Below, piece by piece: positions 52,180-64,000 of a stretch of DNA of 64,000 nt; the stretch's first letter is position 1, and the number at the start of each line of letters is the position of its first letter. The notes beneath the pieces were generated by a model. That model saw only the letters and a program-made list of their open reading frames with translations, was not told where the DNA came from and searched no databases. The translations under genes and the position numbers were made by a program. Origin of the DNA: Octopus sinensis (Eukaryota); contig NW_021833269.1 of the NCBI RefSeq assembly GCF_006345805.1, positions 1 to 64,000 of the forward strand, in the 5' to 3' direction.

Positions 52180-52357
52180 TATCTATCTATCTACCTATAT
52201 ATCCATCAATCCACCCACCTACCTACCTTCCTATCTATCTATGTATCTATCTATCTGTCTATCTATCTATCTATCTATCTATCTTATCAATCTATCTTAT
52301 CAATCTATCATCAATCTATCTATCCATGTATCTACGTATGTATCTATGTATCTATTC

Positions 52358-52451
<94 letters not shown>

Positions 52452-52630
52452 TCATCTATCTACCTATCTATATATCTGTCTGTCCGTCCGTCTGCCTATT
52501 TATTTATTTATCTATCTATCTACCTATCTATCTGTCTGTCTATCTATCTATCTATTTATCCATCTATTTATCATTCTATCCATCCATCCGTCTGTCCGTC
52601 CGTCCGTCCGTCCGTCCATCCATCCATATG

Positions 52631-52696
<66 letters not shown>

Positions 52697-52697
52697 C

Positions 52698-52775
<78 letters not shown>

Positions 52776-52830
52776 ATGTCTGTCTATCCATCTATCTATC
52801 TACCTATCTATCTGTATCTAACTATTTATC
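52180..52830. repeat. (ATCT)n microsatellite
   Basis: Seen directly; source of the LSIY ORFs. Confidence 0.95.
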
Positions 52831-53276
52831 TGCATCTCTCGCTTCCTCTCTCATTTTTATGTGTATGTGTGTGCATTTCTTTATCTCTCTATATATGTAT
52901 GTACACTGTAATTGTGTATCAACTAACAACTGCTTTTACACTTTCCATGCTATACACAAACCCTTTCTCTCTCTCCCTCAGTTTCTCTTTCATTCCCTTT
53001 TCTCTCTTTCTTTCTCTCTCTCTCTCTTTGTTTCTCACTTACAGAGACTTTCTCCATCTCTCTCCCCTTGTCTCTCTTTCTCGCACATACGTAAACGATT
53101 GTGCGCCTACATACTAGTAGGGACAGATGACTGTGTGGGTGTATATATACATACATATATACGCATAAACAGACAGACACACACACACATAATATAATAC
53201 ATGTGCATGTTGACAATATATTATACCTAGATACGTGTGCACGTATATAGATATACTGGCTTATACATACATACAA

Positions 53277-53309
<33 letters not shown>

Positions 53310-53699
53310 CAAATACATACATACAAGTGCATTCATCCATTAGCCAACTGCAGAGAATCATAAAAACACACAAAGAAATATTCCAAACAAAGCTAAATAC
53401 CATAAACACAATAAGTTGGTAAAGGTAATTTGCGATGGAAATTCTTATACACAAAATTCTTGTGTAATTCTCCAAAGTGATTCATATTAATAAAACACTG
53501 ACGTTCCAAATTCTTCGCAATGGTCCGACAGGACAGCTTTCCTTCTCACAATGCATTCATTCCACAATTAGCATAGGTTCCATTTTATATGCGAATATGT
53601 TATTTTATCGACTTTTATTCTTGTCTTTCTTCATTTTTGTATTTCTCTGACAACTTACCTCTCTACTAAAAGCATACTATAACCACAGACATCACAATA

Positions 53700-53733
53700 T
53701 ATACACATGCACACATGCGAATATTATATATAT

Positions 53734-53775
<42 letters not shown>

Positions 53776-53784
53776 ATAGATATA

Positions 53785-53816
<32 letters not shown>

Positions 53817-53912
53817 AATATATGTTTACGTATATATTTATAATAATATGTATACATATATATATATAAATATATATATATGTACTATATAATATAATAT
53901 ATATATACGTAT

Positions 53913-53946
<34 letters not shown>

Positions 53947-53999
53947 AAGATATATATATAATAAATATATAGTATTTATGTATATATATAATTATATTA

Positions 54000-54048
<49 letters not shown>

Positions 54049-54202
54049 AAATATATAAATTATATATATATATATATATATAAATATATATAAATATATA
54101 TAATATATAATATATGTTGTATATATGTATATATTCATATATATAAATATATATATATATATATATTCATATATATATAAATATGTATATATATATATGT
54201 AT

Positions 54203-54247
<45 letters not shown>

Positions 54248-54306
54248 CATGTATACATATATTATCTTACATATGTATATATATTAGCACACATACATGC
54301 ACATGC

Positions 54307-54358
<52 letters not shown>

Positions 54359-54460
54359 GCTATTTATACTGTAATATACATATCATATGTATATGTATAT
54401 ATAAATAGAGACATACACACATAAACACACACACACACATATATTTATATATGTATGTAT
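53700..54460. repeat. Interrupted (TA)n tract
   Basis: Seen directly. Confidence 0.9.
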
Positions 54461-54937
54461 GTATGTATGTATATTTGCATATTCATATACATTGTTAATA
54501 GTGAACAAAGGTGTCTACGCGAATTCATATAAATTCCATATTTTTCCTGCTTATGTAAGTCTAACCTGATATTTTATGTTTTACGTCATAAATATACGTC
54601 TTTCGTTTTCTTTTCTTCACCTGGCTATTAGCGCCCGCTCTGTTAATGTGGGGCTGTTGGTCGTGACACCGTCGTAGATACTCAACCATTTACAACCAGA
54701 CCTACACACCCACTGACAGTCTCGGACAAGCTGATAAACACCCAATTAGGTTAACAGTTTCCTAGGATGACAGGATGAAGGATAGAGAAAAAAAAAACAC
54801 ACACACACACACACAGAAACATCATGTTCAGTTAGAGAGACATGTAACCAATTCATATGAGTGTGCAGGTGAATATATTCAACTGTTTCTGAGCAGACAT
54901 ATTATACATATGACAAAACTATGAAATTATATCTACC

Positions 54938-55710
54938 TACACATACATACATACATACATACATACATACATACATACATACATACATAATTACATATAT
55001 ACATACGTACATAATACATACATGCATACATACATACATATGTACGTACATGCATACGTACATGCATACATACATACATACATACATACATATGTACGTA
55101 CATGCATACATACATACATACATACATGCATGCATGCATGCATACATACATGCATACATACATACATGCATACATACATACATACATACATACATATGTA
55201 CGTACATACATACATACATACATACATACATACATACATACACACATACATTACATACATACATACATACATACATACATGCATACATACATACATACAT
55301 ACATATGTACGTACATGCATACATACATACATACATATGTACGTACATGCATACATACATACATACATACATGCATACATACATACATACATACATACAT
55401 ATGTACATACATGCATACATACATACATACATACATACATATGTACGTACATGCATACATACATACATACATACATACATACAACATATGTACGTACATG
55501 CATACATACATACATACATACATACATACATACATACATACACACACATACATACATACATACATACATACATGCATACATACATACATACATACATACA
55601 TACACATACATACATACATACATACATGCATACATACATACATACATACATGCATGCATGCATACATACAATACATACATACATACATACATACTACATA
55701 CATACATAGA
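54938..55710. repeat. (ATAC)n microsatellite with ATGC/GTAC variants
   Basis: Seen directly. Confidence 0.95.
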
Positions 55711-55759
55711 GGCATGTATGCATATATACCGACATATATAAATATATATGTATGGATAT

Positions 55760-56066
55760 GTGGAGGCGCAATGGCCTAGTGGTTAGGGCAGCGGACTCGC
55801 GGTCGCAGGATCCCGGTTTCGATTCCCAGACCGGACGTTGTGAATGTTTATTGAGCGAAAACACCTAAAAGCTCCACGAGGCTCCGGCAGAGAGTAGTGA
55901 TCCCTGCTGTACTCTTTCACCACTCGTTCTCCCACTCTTTCTTCTGTTGGCCTGCTCGCTTAGCCAGCGGGGTGGCGTCATTCGAAGGCTAAAACAATGC
56001 GAACGCATTGTGACCAGCGATGTGTAACAACATCTGAAGGCCTGGTCGGTCAAGTGATCACGTGAT
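55760..56066 (+). mobile_element. tRNA-derived SINE family F
   Basis: A box TGGCCTAGTGG, B box GGTTTCGATTCCC. Confidence 0.85.
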
Positions 56067-56124
56067 ATGTATGGATATATATATATATATATGTATATAC
56101 AAATATTTACATTTATATACATAT

Positions 56125-56179
<55 letters not shown>

Positions 56180-56397
56180 CAGAGAGAGATCCACTGAACA
56201 TGGACCAGTGGTTAGAGTGTGGCACACGGTGCACCCGTACGGGTAATGTCGATCTGATGGCGGTATTGAGCTTTCGTGAACACAAACACGTGACCACTAT
56301 AAACAAATCATGTATGTGAGTGTTCGGCAATTTCTGGGCGAACCCTTATACGTTGTCTAACGACAAGAGAGTCCATGATATGTATATATATATATAT

Positions 56398-56782
56398 GTG
56401 GGAATTTACGCAAAAACAAAAAAGATGAAGACGGGTGTGTAAACAACAAACAGGTGTATTAGTTTAACGCTCAGGAAGAGAGAAAGTATTTTATGTTTCG
56501 AGCCTACGCTCTTCGACAAAAAGAACACAGAAATAAACAGGGAGAGAAAATAGAAAAGGTATAGTGGCTAACGATCTATCATGGCGAATGCATATATATA
56601 TGTACATCTCTCTCTCTCTCTCTCTCACTTTCTCAACAAACAGGTGTATTAGTTTAATGCTCGGGAAGTGAAAAGGTTTTTTACATTTCGAGCCTACGCT
56701 CTTCAACAGAAAGGAACGCAGAAATAAACAGGGAGAGAAAATAGTAAAAAGTTTTAGTGGCTAGCGATCTATCATGGCAAAT
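56398..56782 (-). mobile_element. Tandem two-unit Penelope-like pseudo-LTR / retrozyme-like element (P2)
   Basis: Direct repeats 56444-56589 and 56634-56782 (period 190), each with a hammerhead-like motif. Confidence 0.65.
56679..56713 (-). ncRNA. Hammerhead-like motif with variant core CUGUUGA
   Basis: CUUU-CUGUUGA-A-GAGC(GUAG)GCUC-GAA-AUGU-A/AAA; more decayed twin at 56490-56519. Confidence 0.45.
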
Positions 56783-57779
56783 CGGCGTCACCATTCGTAT
56801 CATTGCATCTATCATTAATGTATCAAACTATATTCGGAGAAATTTACTGACGTTCGAATATGAGCCAGGCTAGTGCTTGATATAACAACCAAGTGGGAAG
56901 TGACTCGCATACTAATACTCAATGAGAAGCAAGCATTGTTAACACTACGACTCGCAATCAGCTGAGATAAGCGTAGTCGGAGCTTTTTGGAGCAAAGGTC
57001 GAAACGATTGGGGATGGCCTTTGGGTACTGAACGAAAGTAATTAGAAAATTGATGAAGAGAAACAATTAGTAAAAGAGAAAGGATCAGAAATTATATTTA
57101 ATTAGTGCAATTATAATTAGTGACTATGTAAAAGATAAACATGTAATCCATATATGTCAGGAATAATAATGATAATAATATGTAGATATATATATATATA
57201 TATTGCTATTGATAGATATACGTGTATATACGTGTGTGTGTTTATATATGTAACTTTAAATGTGTGCTGTGTCAACAGATGTTAGATCTATTTACTGTCT
57301 ATTGTATTAGCCATATAATGTTACATACAAACATATATATCATTAACACACGTGCACAAAATCGCACATATATGTATATATATATGATAGACATATATAT
57401 TATATATATTATATATAAAGATTATATATAATATATTATATATATATATATATATAGTGTGTGTGGTGTGTGTGTGTATTATATATATCTATTCATCTAT
57501 GTATACATTTATACATGTGTGTGTATCATTTTTAAATAAATAATCAGACAGCATCGTACGCCTCTTCTAATTAACCCGTATCCCTGGAGATTAATTATAC
57601 TCCAAGACTGGCACTCCCCTATAATGCAGAACAAAGAAGAAAATTTCAGTAAATGTAATTGTTTTAATTATTCTCCTGTAAGAAATTTCATTGCGTCATA
57701 GTAAGAAGGATGCGATGCTAATGCTTCTGTGAAGTAGGTTATAATAGAGGCGTGTAGATCACGAACGCACACGCTGACA

Positions 57780-58378
57780 CAGTCACTCACTCACACAAGC
57801 AGACACACACGCACACACATACACACACACACACACACACAAAGAAAAATGCATAGAAACACAGCTGCATACATTAACACACATACATGTATATATATAT
57901 TTACTTATATATACGTATATATATATATATATATATTTAATTATATATACGTATATATATATATATATATAAATATATATACACACATATATATATACAT
58001 ATATTTGTATATATACATATATTTATATATACATATATACTTATATATGTATATACATACATATATATATATACATATATACACAATAACACACACACAC
58101 ATATATATACATACATATATATATATATTATATATATATATATATAAATACATATATATACACACACACACACACATATATATATATGCGTGTGTGTGAG
58201 TGTATATATATATATATACACATATATATGTATATATATAAATATATACATAAAACATAGAAATCTGCACATACATACATACACATATATACACACATAT
58301 ACACACACATACATACACACACACACATACATACAAAGAAACATAATTACATACATACATACATACATACATACGTAC
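57780..58378. repeat. (CA)n/(TA)n/(ATAC)n compound tract
   Basis: Seen directly. Confidence 0.9.
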
Positions 58379-58586
58379 TAGCAAATATGCACCGTTATTG
58401 ATGTTGCATTTCCAACGAAGGAGCGTTGAATCTAGGTTAGAAAGCGGTACTTTCCTTTTTGGTAAGAAATATTGAAATAAAACAGAAGATGAAATGTGCT
58501 TGCCTCACGTCATCATATTACAAATGAGTGTGTTATTGCTTATTCCAATGAAGAGCGTTTTATATGAAATTATTAGCTATAATAAT

Positions 58587-59000
58587 ATAGGCGCAGGAGT
58601 GGCTGTGTGGTAAGTAGCTTGCTAACCAACCACATGGTTCCGGGTTCAGTCCCACTGCGTGGCATCTTGGGCAAGTGTCTTCTGCTATAGCCCCGGGCCG
58701 ACCAATGCCTTGAGAGTGGATTTGGTGGACGGAAACTGAAAGAAGCCTGTCGTATATATGTATATATATATATATATGTATGTGTGTGTTTGTGTGTGTG
58801 TGTTTGTCCCTCTAGCATTGCTTCACAACCGATGCTGGTGTGTTTACGTCTCCGTCACTTAGCGGTTCGGCAAAAGAGATTGATATAATAAGTACTGGGC
58901 TTACAAAAAGAATAATTCCCGGGGTCGAGTTGCTCGACTAAAGGCGGTGCTCCAGCATGGCCGCAGTCAAATGACTGAAACAAGTAAAAGAATAAAAGAG
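58587..59000 (+). mobile_element. SINE family A, full length
   Basis: ATAGGCGCAGGAGTGGCTGTGTGG head through the CAAGTAAAAGAATAAAAG tail. Confidence 0.93.
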
Positions 59001-59326
59001 TATAAAGCTATGTAAATGGTTGAAAGTTAGAACAGTTTCTCGCATCACTGTACGTGTCGTGAGGACTTTCATAAATCAATTACGCCATTAATTTATTAGT
59101 TAATGATCTAATTATCTAATTAATCGACAAGAAAACGGGAGTGAATTAACAGCAAAGCGTGTGGTATTATAAACAACGTGACGCCTCTTTTTATCTAAAC
59201 AATATGTGTGTGAGCTTAGATTCATTACATTATATATAAAAACCACACACACACAGACACACACACACCTATACACAATATTTCCTATATTGTAAGAGTA
59301 TATGTATATATATATATATATATGTG

Positions 59327-59590
59327 TAGGTCCCGGGTTGATTCGGGGTTAACCACAGTAAATAAGGTACTCAATACATAGCAGAGTAAAATTAATTTAT
59401 TATATAGAAGGAGCTTCTACAGGACTAGAACTGTTTCATTCAAGAGAAATTTTCAGGAAGCTAGTTAACAAGAATTGTATTGGCATTTATACATTTAGGC
59501 AGGTTTAAAGGGGTGGTGGTGGGGGACTTTTTGGGGGTAGGCATAGCGTAAAAAAATCATACTTGGGGGAGTGGTCAAGGAGTCAGTGGT
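59327..59590 (-). mobile_element. Penelope-like pseudo-LTR fragment (P3) with a hammerhead mutated at G8
   Basis: 59412-59462 on minus: AGCUUC-CUGAAAA-..-GAA-ACAG(8 nt)CUGU-A/GAAGCU, 6-bp stem I; homologous to 18983-19117. Confidence 0.65.
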
Positions 59591-59701
59591 AAATTAGATA
59601 TATATATAATATTATATATATTATATATATATATATGCGCATGTCTATACATATATACATGATGTATATGTATAATACAATATATATATATATATATAAT
59701 G

Positions 59702-59740
<39 letters not shown>

Positions 59741-59968
59741 AGTACATATCTATGGTGTGTGTGTGTGTGTGTTTGTATGCATATATGAAGAGATTAATCT
59801 TTCGTCGAAAAGTGGGAGTGTGATAGATGTAAGTTCATAGGTACAGACAAATAATATATTTGTGGAATTAGGTACTTAAATTGAAGTACCAAATCAGGTA
59901 TTATCCGCAGAGCCCGAAGGGAGGTGAATAAAGTCAAAATAATCGACAGCATCCTGTCGCGTATTTTG

Positions 59969-60026
<58 letters not shown>

Positions 60027-60090
60027 GTATATAAATATAAAATATATAACTGTACATATCTGTAGGTAGATATATAGTTATATACGAAAA

Positions 60091-60120
<30 letters not shown>

Positions 60121-60122
<2 letters not shown>

Positions 60123-60457
60123 ATAATAAATATTAGGGAATATATCCAAATTTACAGGGAAAAAAATCAGATTTAGGATTAAATCCAATTTTATAGTAAA
60201 ATATTATAAAATATATTTGAGACAAAACCACTATTTTGCAAAACAAACAAGGAAAGACTTAATCAATACATAAAATTTAATAAATAGTCAAAAAAACCGC
60301 CACTACAATCGTTTCTTGTCTTGATCGACAATCTTCAGGTGGACTTCCAATAATTCAGTTACAAATTATGAAGTCTATTTTGACTATTTATTAAATTTTA
60401 TGTATTGATTAAGTCTTTCCTTGTTTGTTTTGCAAAATAGTGGTTTTGTCTCAAATA

Positions 60458-60467
<10 letters not shown>
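60121..60467. mobile_element. Foldback Penelope-like pseudo-LTR (P5)
   Basis: Inverted arms 60205-60293 and 60378-60467 around a hammerhead; (TA)n on both sides. Confidence 0.7.
60300..60342 (-). ncRNA. Type I hammerhead ribozyme candidate, best formed in the window
   Basis: CCAC-CUGAAGA-UUGUC(GAUCAA)GACAA-GAA-ACGAUUGU-A/GUGG: 4-bp stem I, 5-bp stem II, near-palindromic stem III. Confidence 0.78.
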
Positions 60468-60489
<22 letters not shown>

Positions 60490-61217
60490 CACTATACACA
60501 CACATATATATGCATATATATATATATATATATAGAAAGAAAGAAAGAAAAAGTGAGAGATAAAGAGAGCGAGAGGGAGATCGATCTTTCGATAGACAGT
60601 CAGAACAGAGAGACAGACACGGAGACAGATAGATAGATATATTCTTTCGAATGTGTCTTCATTTCTGTCAGTCACATTAAAATTACTTAATGCTACCTTC
60701 CTGATAGCCACTTGTAGATAATTTGATTGTCTTACTGTCAAATAACTTTCAAACACTTACATGCTTGCTAGCCAATAGTCTGTTGGTGACAAACTAAGTA
60801 TGCTGAGTCAAAGAATATTTCAAATAGTGTATATTCACATAAGTACCTATCTTTTTCTTTCATTCCTCGAGTGTCATGTGGACTTCAGCAATCACGTGTA
60901 TTAGAACGATAAGTCTTCTCACATTCTCAAGAGTATCTAGCAGACAACATACCATTAAGAAGGTAGCCATATCGTTCTAAGCTTCCCTGCGTTTGAAATC
61001 CAATTCTCTTAAAAATTACAACGAATCGGTTTCTCGAAATACTGAGAGAACTGGAGAAAATGTATGAAAGTATTTTGCCAAGAGCACAATAAATCGGCCG
61101 GTCCCAGAATCGTAAATTTAATCTTGCTATCAAAAATGCAACTCTCTTAATACTGGACCACGCTTTTTCCACATACATACATACATACATACATACATAC
61201 ATACATACATACATACA

Positions 61218-61251
<34 letters not shown>

Positions 61252-61624
61252 AATGAATACATACAAGGTTCTCTCTCACGCCAGCAGTCAAATGATCGAC
61301 ACGATTCAAAGAGTAAAAGAATATAGGTTTTGTTCATTTGTTTTAATTCCTGAAGGCGGCAGTGTCGTTTACTCTGATGTTTTCATATACGAATAAGATT
61401 TACATCTTGTATATACTGTGCTACGTAATTATTTTGGATATTTTCGATTGGGGTGTTGGGTTCGACTGTTAGTCCTTCTCGGTTGTCCAACTATCTGACA
61501 TTTAATTACTACCTCAGAGATTATAATTCATTGAAAGGAGGACTTGGTGGAACTTGTGAAAGGGAGACTGGTATTTTTAATTAATGTTGTTCTAGATTGT
61601 TCTTTCGTCGTAGTCATTGTTGCT

Positions 61625-61980
61625 GTTTCTGTTTGTTTGTTGAGCGAAGCGGTCTTCGTCCCTTTAGTGGGAGAAATCCGAAACGTGGTCCTTTGCTATT
61701 CGTAAGACCCGCAGAAGAGAAAGCAGGTCAACCCCCGACACCGAGAGCATCGACGGATGGACGAATGCACATCCAGGCTCAGCGGTTGCGTAGGAAGTCG
61801 GGGAGGACAAGAAACAGGAAGAAAGAGTGAGAGAAAGTTGGGGGTGAAAGAGTACAACAGGGGTCGCTACAACCCCCTGCCGGAGCCTCGTGAGGTTTTA
61901 GGTGTTTTCGCTCAATAAACACAACGTGATCCTCCGACCGCGAGTCCGCTGCCCTAATCATTGGGCCATTGCGCCTCCAC
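61625..61980 (-). mobile_element. SINE F-related copy with B box deleted and a different 3' module
   Basis: Head and centre match 55760-55925; the 3' half is unrelated to the 3' half of that copy. Confidence 0.8.
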
Positions 61981-62609
61981 TTGCTGTTGCTGTGGTGCTG
62001 TTGTTGAATATATTTTTGGATGTATTGTTATTGTTTGTCCAATTTCACAAGGAAGGCCTTGGTTTGTTTACGTTTTCCTTATCGTTGGTGATGTTATTTG
62101 CTTCCACCCTTTTTCTCATCCGTTCCACTTGAAAATGAGTGATATTGCTGTTGCTGAAATTGTTATTATTGACAGAATACGTTTTCAAGAGTCCCCTCTT
62201 GAAATATTCCTCTCTGTTAACAATTTCAAAACTCGTTCCAGTTAAAACACTTTGCCTCAGCATTTTCAGATGGAGTCACGCAGTGAATCGTGCTCACTTC
62301 ATTTTTCCTTACAACCATGTGACGCTCCTAACGCCTTTGTTCTTACTCACGTACGAGCGTCGCTGCATCCATGGAAGTTTTCTCTATAGATGGAAAGAAA
62401 ACGAAAAATTTTACAACGCAAGCCGAAATAAATCCTGATGTCCCCCGAGGATAGGGACAATGCACAAAAATAAACTCGATAGTAGACAAGCAGTCAACAT
62501 GTTGTTCACAGTGATGCACATTCCAGAAGTGTACACATAAGCTACCAGTGGTAGTGTTTACAAAATCTACGGTGCAAGATCCGACGTAAATTGCCAAGAT
62601 GACGGTTAT

Positions 62610-62610
62610 A

Positions 62611-62700
<90 letters not shown>

Positions 62701-62722
62701 TACAACAACAACAACAATAATA
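62610..62722. repeat. (AAT)n microsatellite
   Basis: Seen directly. Confidence 0.95.
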
Positions 62723-62936
62723 ATCCTTTCTACTGGAAGCCCAAGGCCGCAAATTTGGGGGAAGGTTTAAGTCGATTGCATCGACCCCAGTGCGTAACTG
62801 GTTCTAATTTTATCGGTCCCGAGAGGCTGAAAGGCAAAGTCGACCTGGGCCGAATTTGAACTCCGAATGTAACAGCAGCCGAAATGCAGCTAAGCACTTC
62901 GCCCGGAGTGCTAAAGATTCTGCCATCTCGCCGCCT
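62723..62936 (-). mobile_element. SINE family B (alternative tail)
   Basis: Matches 27281-27492. Confidence 0.85.
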
Positions 62937-62965
62937 TGATAATAATAATAATATAATAATAATAA

Positions 62966-62998
<33 letters not shown>

Positions 62999-63013
62999 CT
63001 TGAGACCCCCTTA

Positions 63014-63337
63014 GGTCATGCATGATCATGGGATTGCTCCTAGAAAGTTACCCTCATAGGCACAAATCAGGGCAAGGTTGTTTATGGAAGTCCAGCAGTC
63101 GTCCATGTATACCGGCCTCCCCTCTCCACGCCACCGATGTTATCCAAGGGAAAGGCAAAGGGGCCAATACCGCTTGGCCCCTGTGACGTCGCAACTCATT
63201 TCTACAACTGAGTGAGCTGGAGTAACGTGAAATAAAATGTCTTGCTCAAGAACACAATACACAGCCCGGTCCGGGAATCGATCTGGCAACCTCACGATCG
63301 TAAGCTCGACGGTCTAATCACCTAGCCATGCGCCTTC

Positions 63338-63339
<2 letters not shown>
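63014..63339 (-). mobile_element. SINE family C
   Basis: Near full length; head GTGAAGGCGCATGGCTAGG. Confidence 0.9.
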
Positions 63340-63375
<36 letters not shown>

Positions 63376-63487
63376 AACAACAACAACAACAACAACAATA
63401 ATAATAATAATAATAATAATAATGATGATGAGGAGGAGGATGATGATGATGATGATGATGATAATGATAATAATAATAATTATAATA
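63340..63487. repeat. (AAC)n(AAT)n(GAT)n tract
   Basis: Seen directly. Confidence 0.95.
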
Positions 63488-64000
63488 AGTATGGAAAACT
63501 CTCATTTATTGATTATGAAAGTGAAAGTAGAGCCAAACAGTCGTTAAATGAAGTGGGAGATAAATAGTTGTCGTTTCCAGGAATATTGAGAACAAAGAGA
63601 AGACAATTCTTGTTGATATGATGCGACAGTCACGTGACAAAAAGTAAAAAAAAACAATGTTATGATTTCTTTTGTCATATATATGGTTTACTATGGCGCA
63701 TTGTTTTACTGTCATTCATTGGTATTTGTCGTACTGGTTGATGGTGAATGTGTGATGGTGGTAGTAGAGGTGGTACCATTGTTGGCGTTGTCGATGTTAT
63801 TGTTGTTGTTGTTGTTGCTGTTGTTGTTGTTCTTTGGTTATTTATGGCCGGCTCATTTGTCAAGTTATTGACAGCCAATGGCTGAGCCGATGGCGAAATG
63901 GTGTCACTTTATTGGGACGGTTCGAATCATGATGTTTGAGATTTGCTACGGACATAATGTAAATAAAAACAGCAATAACAACAACAACAATAATGATAAT

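Noticed and set aside
52136-55779. 225-353 aa ORFs (LSIY, MYVC, HTYI repeats)
   Set aside because: Read-through of (ATCT)n and (ATAC)n microsatellites.
55760-55835. tRNA gene
   Set aside because: A and B boxes are present but I see no acceptor-stem closure; it continues into a SINE body with a second copy at 61625-61980.
59860-59905. Hammerhead around the GGTACTT/AAGTACC hairpin
   Set aside because: Both core halves are absent or heavily mismatched.
61660-61700. Hammerhead at CCGAAACGTGGTCC
   Set aside because: The GAAACGU half is present but no CUGANGA or stem II upstream in this copy.

Overview
Eukaryotic, AT-rich and repeat-saturated DNA. It is probably cephalopod (Octopus-like); this is inferred from my recollection of the SINE families and the extreme microsatellite load, and is not verified. 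I cannot support any host protein-coding gene, tRNA, rRNA or CRISPR array. Nearly all long ORFs in the track are read-throughs of simple repeats. Supported content: (1) R4/Dong-type non-LTR retrotransposon copies, nearly all sitting in (AAT)n, including a decayed RT ORF at 5289-7154; (2) a CR1-type LINE 3' fragment with a 66-bp target duplication; (3) Tc1 and mariner transposase remnants, two hAT MITEs, a non-autonomous Helitron and a 1.8-kb foldback element; (4) about 20 tRNA-derived SINE copies from several families (labels A-G and P1-P5 are my own); (5) a 3.0-kb array of a 28-bp unit; (6) many microsatellites. The most interesting signal is about a dozen type-I hammerhead-ribozyme-like motifs from at least six unrelated short non-coding repeat families. 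Most have the palindromic stem III typical of Penelope-like-element hammerheads. They lie in inverted or tandem pseudo-LTR-like arrangements next to (TA)n, and one lies inside an apparent tRNA-headed SINE. All folds were read by eye. Scattered small indels suggest residual long-read errors, so single-base lesions need checking against reads.
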